Source: Geosiphon pyriformis uo1 | Lineage: Eukaryota; Fungi; Glomeromycota | Assembly: GCA_016748015.1 (NCBI GenBank) | Contig: JAAOMT010000578.1 | Location: 9,153 to 35,259 of the forward strand | Reading direction: 5' to 3' | DNA: 26,107 nt | In this document: piece after piece, positions 1-11,169 of the stretch | Layout: every line of letters begins with the position of its first letter | Position numbering within the stretch: the first letter of the stretch is position 1 | The notes under the pieces: model-generated | What the model was told of the DNA's origin: nothing | Seen by the model: the letters and a program-made list of their open reading frames with translations, nothing else | Database searches by the model: none | Position numbers and translations under genes: made by a program

Positions 1-693
1 AAATGTAAATGACTAAAACATTTTTTTCGATTGCCAATTCTCGCAATAGTCTGGACTTTCCTGTCCCGCTGGCCTGTACTAGTGACGTGTAAGGAGAATT
101 AAAAAGCTGCGACGTCCAGCTCATCGCGCACTGTTCCAGATGGCGAAAGAAGACATCGACGTAGTCCTCTCGAGGTTTCATCAATGTACTTCTGAATGCG
201 ATTTTCAAGATATCATAATTTGGGTTAAATTTCTGTGCATCGACACTACTTTGCAGACCGGATGCTGAAGGTCCTCCTGTGAAACCAGCGTCGAAATAAA
301 AAGCAAATGGATAAGCCCAATTTAGCCAGCATCGCAAATAGTATCTCGAGGTTTCATTCAAAAAAAGGCCTCCGTTCCCAACACCCAAGTCACAAAGTCG
401 TTACCTGTCTTAGCTGTTTCCAGCAACGCATTTTGGAATCTTTGCATCTGCAACTCCCATCTATCTTTGCTCGCCTTCAGCTTTTTTTCTTGCTTTTCCA
501 GATCTTCCTTTTCTTCTATCCACTTGTTCCTTTGTTTTTCGTCCACATCCTCCTTCTCTCTCAGATTCTTCTTCAACTCTTCTAATCTATCTCCCTTCTC
601 ACCCTTCCTAAACTCCTTCAGCTCCTCCACGCATCTCCTATACCCGGTCTTAGCGTCTCCTAATTCACGTTCGATTCTGTCGACACTAGCCAT
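1..693 (-). CDS. Spliced gene, 3' end off-window: N-terminal coiled coil plus P-loop NTPase, candidate Crinkler/CR-NTPase-type effector. Exons 693-405 and 276-<1
   Basis: ATG at 693 opens a charged coiled-coil ORF. Splicing GT(404)..AG(277) joins it in phase 1 to a frame open to base 1: GGPSASG...SPYTSLVQASGTGKSRLLRELAIEKNVLVIYI. Walker A at 73-53 is followed by a helix and a hydrophobic strand. CpGs are retained. The family call is by motif recall only. Confidence 0.8.
277..404 (-). other. 128-nt spliceosomal intron
   Basis: Donor G|GTAACG, branch-like GCTAAAT near 320-326, pyrimidine-rich stretch and TTTCACAG| acceptor. Removing it restores a continuous frame carrying the Walker A motif. 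Confidence 0.8.
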
Positions 694-839
694 GGTGTTT
701 TGCGTGTTTGTTATGGTTTGGGAAGATATGGCCTAATATATGTTTGATTCGTGTCAATGACGTTTCAGATCTTTGATTTATCAGTGTAAATTTACTATTT
801 AGGTAACAAACCCGCCTTTATTAAATTACAACAATAATC

Positions 840-2131
840 AGAGTTTTTACTCTATAATATAATTGTTTTTTTAATAATTATTGTATTATGCAATATTCAT
901 TAAATTATTTTTGTTTTGTTTAATTAACATTATTATTGTTTTATATATTTTAATATTGAATAAAATTCGTTTTATTATTTTAAAATAAAAATAATTGTAA
1001 GTTTTAAAATTGGAAAAAATTAAACCAGTATTAAATATATTTTTATTATTATTTTGCATATATATATGTAACTTTATATTAATACTTTATATTTTTTACA
1101 AAATTATTAATTTATTATTTTTATTATTTAAAAGACATATATTATAGTTTTGTGAATTTTTAAACAACAAAATAATAATTATAATACTTTTAATTTAAAA
1201 AATTTTGGTATTTATTTTTAATAATCAATAAAAAAATAATTTAAATTATTAAAACACTAATAAATTTAACTATAAATTTATTAAATAAGTTAATTTTTGT
1301 AAGTAAAATTTTAAAAATTTTATTATTAATTTTAAAAATAAGTAAATAAAACATAGAATAATAATAACAATATTATTTTATTAATAATAATAAACAATTA
1401 TTATTTTTTTAAATTCTTTAGAAAAATTAAACAGTTATAATTTTAAGATTAATTATATATATTAATTTTTACAAATTTAATTTACTTTTTTAATAAAATT
1501 TTTTTATTATTATTTCTATTATTTTTAATATTCATTTTTTTTATAAAATGATCAAAATTAATTTCTTTTTTTATTGTATAAATAATTATTTTTATTTACT
1601 ACAATAATCAAAAAAATATTGATTAAAACACAACAAAAATAATTTAAACTTTATTAAACTTAATTTTTTGTTTTTTTGTTTAATTTGTTATTTTATTAAA
1701 ATTAATTTAATAATTTTTAAATTTTTAAAATTTGTTTTTAAATAAGTATTTAGTTAAAATCTATACTGTTTATAATATTAAATTTATTTAAAAACTTTTT
1801 TAAAAAATAAAATAACAATATTAATTAGCTTTTATATTTAATAATCTTTAAATATTCTATTTCTATTTTTATTTTTATTTTTATCTTGATTTTTATTTTT
1901 AATCTTATTTTAATTTTTATTTTTAAAATATATATAAATTTTAATATTATATTAAAAATATTTTTTAATTTAATTTTTAATAAAAATAAACTTTTTAATT
2001 AGATTTTTTTTTTCTTAATAAACATTATTACTATTTTTATTATTTTTTATATTATATTTTTTTATTATTTTTAAATTTTACTTTTAATAAAAAATAAGTT
2101 TGTTTCTTTAATATTAATAATTTATTTAAGA
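840..2131. repeat. Extremely AT-rich low-complexity tract, probably a terminally mutated repeat relic
   Basis: Sampled 60-nt lines have 0-6 G/C and the ORF track has no ORFs here. The relic origin is inference. Confidence 0.6.
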
Positions 2132-2265
2132 TTTTTTTTTTATTATATTTTACAAGTGAAGTCCAAACATTACTTAGTATAATACATCAAATAACTAATC
2201 TAAACTAGACATGAATCATGCATTTTCAACATATAACTGGCCACTCGGACTGATCAAAGACCATA
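2132..2265 (-). other. LINE-A 3' UTR and poly(A) tail
   Basis: Minus strand reads ...CTTGTAAAATATAATAAAAAAAAAA (T run at 2132-2141 on plus), similar to the LINE-B 3' end ...TTTGTAAAACTTTAATAATAAAAAAA. Confidence 0.75.
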
Positions 2266-5200
2266 TTAAGTGTCTATATGTACCAAAACTAAGTTTCCAA
2301 TACCTAAAAAAAAAAAACAAGACCTATAAAAACCAAAACCAATACCAATAGCCTCAACAATATCCAGCAATCTAACTACACCTATAGAAAACACTGTAAA
2401 CAGTCCAGAAATCAAAACCAGAGCTAAACCATTATGTGGTATTATTCTACTTTTCTCTATATAGGCACAATGCCTAGCATAAACCAATTAAACCTTGTCT
2501 CTAAAGGCAAGACATAAGTTACACAAAAATTTCACAATCTTTTGATTAACTATCTTGGAATCTTTGAAGACAGGTATAGCTTTTTGAAACCACTCTTTAA
2601 AAACAAAGTCTTTGCAAAGAGCTGTATAAGCTACAATATTTGAAATACTGAAGAACAGTAATTAAGAAACATTCAAAAAGAAAACAGAAAAACCAGAGAA
2701 CATACCTTATACAGTGGCATAAGCATCCAACAAGCAACAACAAATAAAATCATCAACTATGCAAAAAAAAATATGATCAAAAACCTCTACCTTACCACAA
2801 TATAAACACAATACACTAGAATAATATTTGTTATACAGGCATTTCTATACAGTAACTAACAGCTGATGGTATAAAGCTTTTATGAAATATGTGTGAACAC
2901 TAGTTATAGATTTACTAATAAAGCCAGCAGTTATGTATAAGTCTGGATACTACACCAACAATGAGCTAAGCCAATCAATATTTAAGCACAGACTATTATC
3001 CAAAACTTTAAAACCTGAACCAACCTCCTAGCATGTACAATGAATAGACCAAAAGACCCCATAAACAAAATGTCTAAAATTACCAAAAATAATATTACCC
3101 TCAGCTAATTTTCAAATTTTTTTCCCTAATAATGTTCACAATATGCTAATGCTTGACCCAACAGCAATTCCAAAAATCTGGACAAACTAAACCTAACTTT
3201 GATTTACATGCATCCAAGGCAGTCTGATTGTCTATAAAGATGCTAACTGAACTAAAAGAAAGAACACACTCAAAAACCAATGCAATGATCTGCAATTCAG
3301 CCAAAGTAGAAGACATCAGACCAGAAACTCTGACCTCTAAATCCAAGCTTATATCTTCAAAAAAGATTATAGCATTAGCTCTCATGTTAACATTTTTCAA
3401 GCCCCTTAAAGATCTATTCATATAAACAGAAAGGCTACCAGTTTTAAGACTTAGCAACTGATTATAAATTAATTCAAACTCACTCAATTCTAAAATGTTT
3501 GAAGATTCAATAATACTCATTAGAAAAAAGCAAGCAGAAGAAAGAGCTACACTATTAAGAAAATTGACAGAAAGCCTAAACCAATCAGGAATAAGGCCAT
3601 GTAGGTCCAGCTTTTTTCAATGCTTAAAAGTTTTCCAATCAAAAATAGCTTTATTTTTACTGTAAAGCTGTTTTACAAAAGCAATACCATAATGCTGAAA
3701 AGATGAAAAAAACTTAAAATAATCAGTCTTGTCAAGAACAGATGACATGGGAGTTTTACCATAAAAACAGAAAAAGTTGTTCACATGACCATCCAGAAAC
3801 AGACTGCATTCATAAAAAATACAAATCATACCTGCCAAAAAATTATTAGAAGCACTGACTTTAATACAAACTGGGGAGACCAAAGAGTAAAATGGACTCC
3901 AAAACAGAACCTGCAAGTTATAAGATCTGTGCAAAAACAATTGTCCCAGAATTCCAACAGAGTTCACAAAACATACAACAAAAACAACCTTGTTTTTAGC
4001 CTAAACTTGCTCAAAAGTTTTTAAATTATACAATGAAGAGTGACAAAGCACATCATTAAGAAAATTGAGAGAAAGACCAGACTTTAGCTTTAAGCCCTTG
4101 CAGATTAAAGAATCCTATTTATTATACATACTGATAGAAACAAAACTGAACTGTGTTCTATAACTGACAATGAGATAGAGAACTGCTAACACCAGATATG
4201 AAAACAGTTTATCAAAAATGGCCTTTTTTAAGACCAGATTGGTAAAAAATCTGACATCAGAATTAGTTTTAGCCAGACTAGGCTTTAATAAATCCTTAGT
4301 TGACAAAAAAATCCCTAGGTAACAATAAGACTCTTCTTTCTTGGCAATAGATATAGGTGAACTACTGATATACAAATTAAGACATGTAACTCTACAATTA
4401 ATAGAAATTGCCACTGTTTTATTATTATTAATTGAAATGTTATTGATTCGAAAAAATTCACTAGCAATATTAAGAATGTGTTAAGTTGTAGCTTGGCTGC
4501 TACCAATCTAAATTGTGTTATCAACAAAAGTACCAGCAGTAAGAAAAGATGTTAATCCAGCTTGAAATTTCAAATGACCAGTCTTGACAACATAATAAGA
4601 GTTCAGCCTATATTTACATATACTTTCCTGTCTCTTGACTTTACACAAAAGAGGATCATAAAATATGTGCCAAAGAAGTGATAAGAACATCTCTTCCTGA
4701 TCTAAACTATTGTGTACCTGATATCTACCTATTAAACCAAAATCTGTTATTACTCTATTAATACAACTATTGTGAATATCACCAAAAAATATAATAAATT
4801 TGTCACACATCTTTATTCTGACCAAATTATTTCTAAGATACTCCCACTTGACAAAGTCATAAGCTTTTCACATGTTCTACAAGACCATCTAAAGTTCACA
4901 GGTTTTTTTCTAAAGCATCTTCAATAACCAAACCAAGACAAAAATGGAAGATTGCATTGTTATACTCTTTAGAACTGAAAAATTGTTTCCACATAAGACA
5001 TCAAAGGTGCTGTATGCCAAAAAAATCCTGTTCAAAAGAATTTTGGAAAAGATTTTGCAGGTGGTTTCAATCAAAATGATAAGTCTGGTGTTTATAAGAA
5101 CTCTCTTTCACTCATACAGTTTTGGAATTATTAATATCCAAGCTTCCTTTCAAGCACTAGACACTAACTCACGAGACAAACAAAAGTTCAAAAGCACCAA

Positions 5201-6831
5201 AAGCATATCCAAGACTAATCTGTTGCAATGCTTTTACAGTTCATTTGACACCTCAGAAAGACCAACAGCTTTGCCATCAGGTAGATTAAAAACCACTCCA
5301 AGTAACTCATCAAGACTAATTTAACACATTACATTTGAAAAAGCATCATCAAAAACATACTCTAAAGGCCAATATTGATGAGACCAATCATCAAAAAAAA
5401 ATTTCACCACATTATGCTTCCTGGTCTAGCTCTTTATAATAACATTGACCTTGGTTTTAACCAGATTAGGTTCCAGAATCAGTTTATCCTCAACTACCAA
5501 ATGGTCTAAAGCCACTTTTCAAAAATATTGCTCTAGCATGCTCTTAATTGTGTGATCTTTATCAACTGCAAAATTTATCATCTATCTATCAATAGCTGAC
5601 TTTATATTTGACTCTTCAGCTTGCAAAAACTCAGCAAACTTGGATGCATGATATGATTTTTATGCACTGGAAAGAGCCAAGCACATATGATCAAAACCTG
5701 TACCAGAGTCCACAATATTCTATACAATCAAAGCCTTAATATTGTCCAAAAAATCTTAGCATTCCATAAGAAAAAAAAACCTATCAACATCCTTCTTATA
5801 AGAAGCCTTAGTGATTTTCGAGACCAAAAGCTCAAGCTTATAAAACCTAAAAAATTCCTTGGTAAAAATACCATCAAAATTCTTAAACCAAACCTTCCTG
5901 AATATTTCATTAGCCAATAGTGTTATAATCTTGTGAACTGTATTCCATATTGCATCCAAATCCGAGAATTAAACAGAAGTGAAAAAATTATTAGAGAACA
6001 TGATAGCATTGGCTGCTATAGCATTTTTAAACTTGCCTATTTTGTATCATCAGCACCCTAAAAATCAAACTTCCAGCAATTTTTATTTGTCTGTCTGTGA
6101 AGAAAATTTAACTAAGTATTCAACAAACTGCCCAGATTTACCAACACAGAAACAGCTTGATAATCAGTGTCAAAGTAATTACTAATGTCTATAACATTGT
6201 AATCTACTATTGCATTGACTAAATTTAATGAAACCAATACAAAATCAATTGTTTTTTCCACACTCTTTGAATTCTTCTATATAGGACTTTTTATAACTGA
6301 ACTGTCCACCAAAGAATTGACCAGCCCCAAACTGACACACTTCTTAAAACTAGTACTTTTTCACAAACCATCTTTATTGAAATCACTACCAAGGATGATA
6401 AAAGAAGATTTGTTAACAGTTTTTACAATAAAAGAGTTGATTTTACCAGCCTGTGAAAACTGAGCCACAGATAAAACACCAGCATACAGTTCCAAGACTA
6501 ATACAGAAAGTTTATTTTTGAACAGTAATCTAATAGATAAGAGTTAACTGGGCATTTCAAAAATCTTGCACACATGTTTCATTAAAGAAAAGTTCATAAT
6601 AACCACAACACTGGCACCCAAATATCCAGAATCTAAACCAGAAATAAATACACAGACACTTTTAAATTTGCCAGCAATCCATGAATGGACTTTACTTTTT
6701 AATTTAGTTTTGGTAATAATCAAAATCAAGTTGTCCATATCCTTATGCCAATGAACAATATTTTTTTGCTTGGCAAGAACATTAATGCTCCAAACATTGC
6801 ATATAGTTATCTTTTAGATCAAACCACTTAT
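2266..6831 (-). pseudogene. LINE-A ORF2: AP endonuclease, reverse transcriptase, RNase H, C-terminal CCHC finger
   Basis: APE start ITICNVWSIN...ITKTKL (about 6800-6700). RT motifs LDQEEMFLSLLWHIFYDPLL (QG..SP decayed), TFVDNTI (xxDD decayed) and YCYLGIF. RNase H VYMNRSL..SSTLAELQII..FIDNQTAL (3146-3520). CLYCGKVEVFDHIFFC near 2760-2810. Many stops. Confidence 0.92.
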
Positions 6832-7567
6832 TGAGATAAAGAAGATAACAAGGGACCCATACCAGCACACAAATAATCTAACTTTGCCAAAACTAAACCA
6901 ACAGAAGCCTCAAGAGCCACCAACTTAGATTCCAAACTGCCAATCTTGGTCATCAAGACTTTTGAACTACATAAACCCAAGGTTGAAACACTAGGGAAAG
7001 CAGAAAAAGAGAACAAAAGTACCAGTTCAGGACCATCCACAATCATATCTAAAGCCAAATCCTCTTTGGCAGCAATCAAAGTACCCAAGACTTTAAAAAA
7101 TGGAGATAGAGCTTGTAGCACTAATTCTATGTTGCTGAGCTTGTGCACAATGCCAGAAACTTGGTCAGTTAATAGCTTCAAGGATTGTTTTAAAGAGGCC
7201 AAACAAGCATCCAAAAATGAGTTGTCAACCAAAACAGAAAGAAGACCATCTTTCAAATCTGAGGTGTCAGAAAAAGGGGAACCAGAACCAGAAGTAAAGC
7301 AAAAACTATCAGAAAAACCAGTAAGTAAGACCACCTGGGCCCAAGATTTGCCACCAAAGACAGCAGGACAAGATATTGGAACACTTTTTTTTTCATATAA
7401 CTTTGCTAACTGAAGACAATGTTTATTAGATGCAACCTTTTTAAATGTTTTTGAAAACTTAGAAATAGATGCAACTGGTGCATTACATTCCAAAGCAAAA
7501 TGACCAAACTTCTCACATTTCTCACACTGAACCAGATTTATTCTTGCTCAATAAAGTTTAACACCAC
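6828..7567 (-). pseudogene. LINE-A ORF1, 3' part (CCHC knuckle and coiled coil)
   Basis: CEKCEKFGHFALEC (CX2CX4HX4C) at 7526-7485. ORF 6828..7493 has heptad-like LESKLVALEASVGLVLAKLD and is homologous to LINE-B 23484..23933. Confidence 0.88.
7564..7567 (+). repeat. Left target-site duplication CCAC
   Basis: CCAC directly precedes the 5' LTR and recurs directly after the 3' LTR (17363-17366). Confidence 0.9.
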
Positions 7568-8550
7568 TATTACCAACCAAAACTTGAGATATTAATTAAC
7601 ATAATATTACCCTTATATTTTCTACCATTAAATTAGCATATATTATCGTTTAAATTATCACTTATTATTTAATCAAATTATCAAATATTATCAATCAATT
7701 AATAACCTGATTTGTACTATAGAAAGTAGGATGATCAAATTACACAATACCCTGAACTATTTAATATTCAAAAGTTTGCCGAAATTTGTAGAAATTTGCT
7801 GAAATAATTAATAGTTCACCGAAATATTCAATAGTTCATAAAAATAACTTGTAAGTTTACCAAAAGGTATCTTTAATTTGTTGAAACCATAGTAAAGAAA
7901 ATAGTTTAAGTTCATAGACTAGTACTACAACAAATTGTATAAAAGAAGAGCCTTTCTTTTCAAAAAAATGTATCTTTTACTTTTAGATATCTTACTTGAG
8001 ACTTATTAATTAGAATTGTTCTCACAAAAATGAAATAAAAATCAAATAATTCAAAAAGTCAACTTTCTTAATTATTGCACCTGAAAATTCCAAAAAAAAA
8101 CCCAACTAACGTTTTGAAATTGATTAGCTACCAATTTCAGTAAAACTGTTAATGACTTCAGGCCTGGATAGAAAATGTTTCTCTTGACAGAATTCTATTT
8201 TTTTTACATTTCTTTTATTTTCTTTTATTTTCTTACTATAATTATTAGGGTAGCCTGCAGACAAGATTCCTATAGAAGAGTTGACTTTCACAGCAAAGTA
8301 ACTACATTTTTTTGTGAGCTTCCAGACAAGCAATTCCTGAAAAAGAGTTGACGTTTATTACAACATAACTACATAAAGTAACTAGCACGGAATTGGCCAT
8401 TCCACTCATAAGCCCAGCAGTTCAAATTATAGAAAATAATTTGAAGATAAATTCAGTTACTGGAGGTTTAACTACATTCAGAAAACGTGAATTTACAGCA
8501 AACAGGCATTAACAACCATTAAGAAAAGAGAACAAAAACCTCTAGTAACA
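7568..8550 (+). repeat. 5' LTR (983 bp)
   Basis: Aligns end to end with 16379-17362 (about 93-94% identity by hand). Starts TATTAC (TG mutated to TA) and ends GTAACA. Confidence 0.97.
7938..7944 (+). promoter_or_regulatory. Candidate LTR TATA box
   Basis: TATAAAA is conserved in both LTRs (also 16749-16755), about 95 nt upstream of an AATAAA. The AT-rich background weakens the call. Confidence 0.5.
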
Positions 8551-8552
8551 TT

Positions 8553-8566
8553 TGGTGCTTTTCCAC
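8553..8566 (+). promoter_or_regulatory. Primer-binding site
   Basis: TGGTGCTTTTCCAC lies 2 nt after the 5' LTR. TGG is complementary to the tRNA CCA end. Confidence 0.75.
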
Positions 8567-9889
8567 AAAAATAACACAGTGACAACAACTTTAAAAGTGG
8601 CGACTCAAACAGATTCAAGAACTCTAGAGTATTATCAGTCAATCTACACCCACTGTAAGCAGAGATTTAACATCTCAAATGGAATTGAAACATTTAAGAA
8701 AACACTTTATCAGTACATTGAAAATTGCATTAACAATTATCTTCTTAGAAACTACAACATTTCAGAAGTTAGACACAACTTATATGAAAGCTTAATACAT
8801 CACTCTCGTCTAAACACTCAGGATTTTAACAGTCAAACACTTAAAACATACTTCCAAGAACTCAACTTCAATATCATTCAGTATTGTGAAGTGAATTACC
8901 CAATAGAACAGAAATTTTCTCTTAGTTTTGAATCAGAAACAGAAGAAGGAAAAGGAAAAAGGAAACAAAAACTCAGAACTACTCCCAATACACCTAAAAC
9001 CACTGCCAAACATTTACAAACTTCAGAACAAAGAACCAGCTTTAAATTACTACTTTCAATCACACCATTTCTTACTTTACTTGCTCAACCACAAACACCA
9101 AGCTCACCACTTATTTGGTTTTCAAGAATAGAAGATTTTCAGTCATCCTAAAGCCCTATTCAACAACAGGAACCAATATTAACCAGCACAAACTTTATTG
9201 ACTACTTAGCAGAAAATCAAAATGAAGAGACCAAATCAGAACAAGAAACAGAAGACTCAGAAAACAAAGAAGAAATGACCTCCACATATATTGCAAAAAT
9301 CTTTGAGTTCACAGGAGAAGACAGCAAAACCAGTTCTCAAGAATGGCTTAACAAAGTCTCAAAAACAGGAGATGCAAATGGTTGGAATGCTGCCAGAATG
9401 TTAAAAGCAATTCCATATTTCTTATAAGAAACAGCTGACGAATGGTTTGAAAACTTGGAAGCCCCACCAGAAAACTGGGAAGCATTCAAAACTGCTTTTC
9501 TAGAACAGTTCACTGACAATAACACTTCTATTACCCTTCGAAATCAGTTCCGAAATATTAAGCAAGAACCAAGTAAATCAGTTATGACCTATCTTGGGAA
9601 ATTTAACAAACTGCTTGGAAGGATTCGCCAATTGGAAACAAATGAATACTACTCCAATGCACAAATCTTGGATCAATTTATTGTTAGACTAAAAGACAAA
9701 CTTATCAAGAAAGTTTGCCCACATGTACCAGAAGATTTAGCCACTGCTATTCAACAGGCAAAAAACTATGAAATGGCCATAGAAGAAGCCAACCATACCA
9801 AATTTGTTAACCTGGTTATTGAAGAAACCAACTCAGCAGCTGAAGAAAAAATTGACCAATTAACCAAGAAAGTTGAAAACTACTTCACC

Positions 9890-9960
9890 AACCAACAACA
9901 ACAACAACAGCCATAGCAATCACAACAACCACAAAGATACCAACCTCCACAACGACACAA
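9890..9960 (+). repeat. (CAA)n-rich poly-Gln coding tract in gag
   Basis: CAACAACAACAACAACAGCCA... encodes NQQQQQQP. The minus-strand poly-Val ORF is its shadow. Confidence 0.8.
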
Positions 9961-10593
9961 TCAAAACAACTTTGGACTACCATCCAACAACCAAATCCAA
10001 AATTGTTATTATTGTGGAATTCCAGGACACTGAAAATGCGATTGTAGAAAATTGCAACAAGACCAACAACAGAGGAATAATCAACGTTATTCCCAACCAC
10101 AACAATCATATTATCTACCACCACTAGCTTAATATTTACCAAGGTCACAATATCTAAACCACTATTATCAATCTGCTCCACAACCAATCCAACAACAGTA
10201 TCAACAACCATCCACACCACAATATCAAGTGCCAGCTAGAAGATTAATTCAACATAATCAATTTACATCACAAACCGTTTTTAAACAAACAACAACAGAT
10301 TTAATTCCAACAACCAATTAATCACTCAAAATTCGAATCAACATAGGCCCACACCCTATCACACTCAATCCAGTTATCTTACAATACCAGAGGAATTAAA
10401 TTTTCAGCAAACTGCACTTTTTGAAAGTGAAACTGCAGTACCAAGACAAAACTCTTCCAACAATACTATCCTACCAGCCAGAATTGCCTGAAACACCAAT
10501 CTTTCAGACATCTTTCCATTTGAATTTGAAGCCAATGAATCATCATCTCTACTCAGCAATGTAGCAGTTAATGAACAAAAAGCTATTACAGCA

Positions 10594-10980
10594 ATGTATA
10601 CTAAAGCTGAAGTAGAAGGAAAACCAATTCACTTAATATTAGACAATGAATCTACTAGAAGTATTATCATCTATCAATTAATGCAACAGCTTCAACAAAC
10701 TGTTGACAGACCAGCTCAAACTGTCATCATTACAGCAGATGGTATGAAGAAGACACCAGTAAGAGAAATTAATAATTTTCTATTCACCATTGATGAAATC
10801 ACTATTCTAGTTAAAGTCCTAGTTATGGATATACCCCAATACCAAGCTCTTGTCAGAAATGATTGGCTTCTCAAGACCAATGCAAATTTAGATTGGGAAA
10901 TTCAAGAGTTAAAAATCTCATATCAAGGACAATACACCATAGTATCTGCTACATGTAAAACTTTTAATAAACAATCAGAA
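10594..10980 (+). pseudogene. Retropepsin aspartic protease domain of pol
   Basis: AEVEGKPIHLILDNESTRSII (DSG changed to DNE at 10642-10650 by G>A), flap ITADG, and ALVRNDWL (LxGxDW). Confidence 0.9.
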
Positions 10981-11169
10981 AAAGCCCCAGTACTTGAATT
11001 TGAAGAAGAGAAAGAAATGTCACTTACTGAAATCTACATGGCTCTTGGATCAACATCCAATTGGGCTGAGGAAACAGAACAAGAAATCTTTGAAGAATCA
11101 AGAGGATGGAAGAAAGTTAGATATTCTACACCAGAACCACAAAAACAATCACTCTACATTCCACTTAAA

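Larger units (their letters stand above)
8552..10273 (+). pseudogene. gag: gag with long N-terminal extension, capsid-like domain, Gln-rich linker and CCHC knuckle
   Basis: One frame with scattered stops: IAKIFEFTGED..EWL..ANGWN..AIPYFL*ETADEWF..WEAFKTAFLEQF..IKQEPSKSVMTYLGKF..QFIVRLK. CYYCGIPGH*KCDC starts at 10004. The frame shifts near 10273 into the pol frame. Confidence 0.92.

Noticed and set aside
358-404. C-terminal tail NDFVTWVLGTEAFF of the 111-aa ORF
   Set aside because: Read-through into the intron.
307-736. Plus-strand ORFs 307..585 and 467..736
   Set aside because: F/S/L-rich antisense shadows of the E/K-rich coiled-coil exon.
3228-7413. Plus-strand ORFs over LINE-A (e.g. 4944..5324, 6946..7413) and equivalents over LINE-B
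   Set aside because: Antisense shadows of the LINE ORFs with no motifs.
8124-8333. Similar 69-aa minus-strand ORFs at 8124..8333 and 16935..17144
   Set aside because: They recur only because they lie in the two LTRs. They have a non-ATG start and no recognisable motif.
9885-10220. Val-rich hydrophobic minus-strand ORF
   Set aside because: Antisense of the CAA-rich gag tract.
10280-10286. TTTAAAC as a programmed -1 frameshift site at the gag/pol frame change
   Set aside because: The heptamer is not in X-XXY-YYZ register with the gag frame, and the pol frame has TAA at 10282-10284 (probably a mutated CAA). A 1-nt deletion near 10273 in a single gag-pol ORF is simpler.
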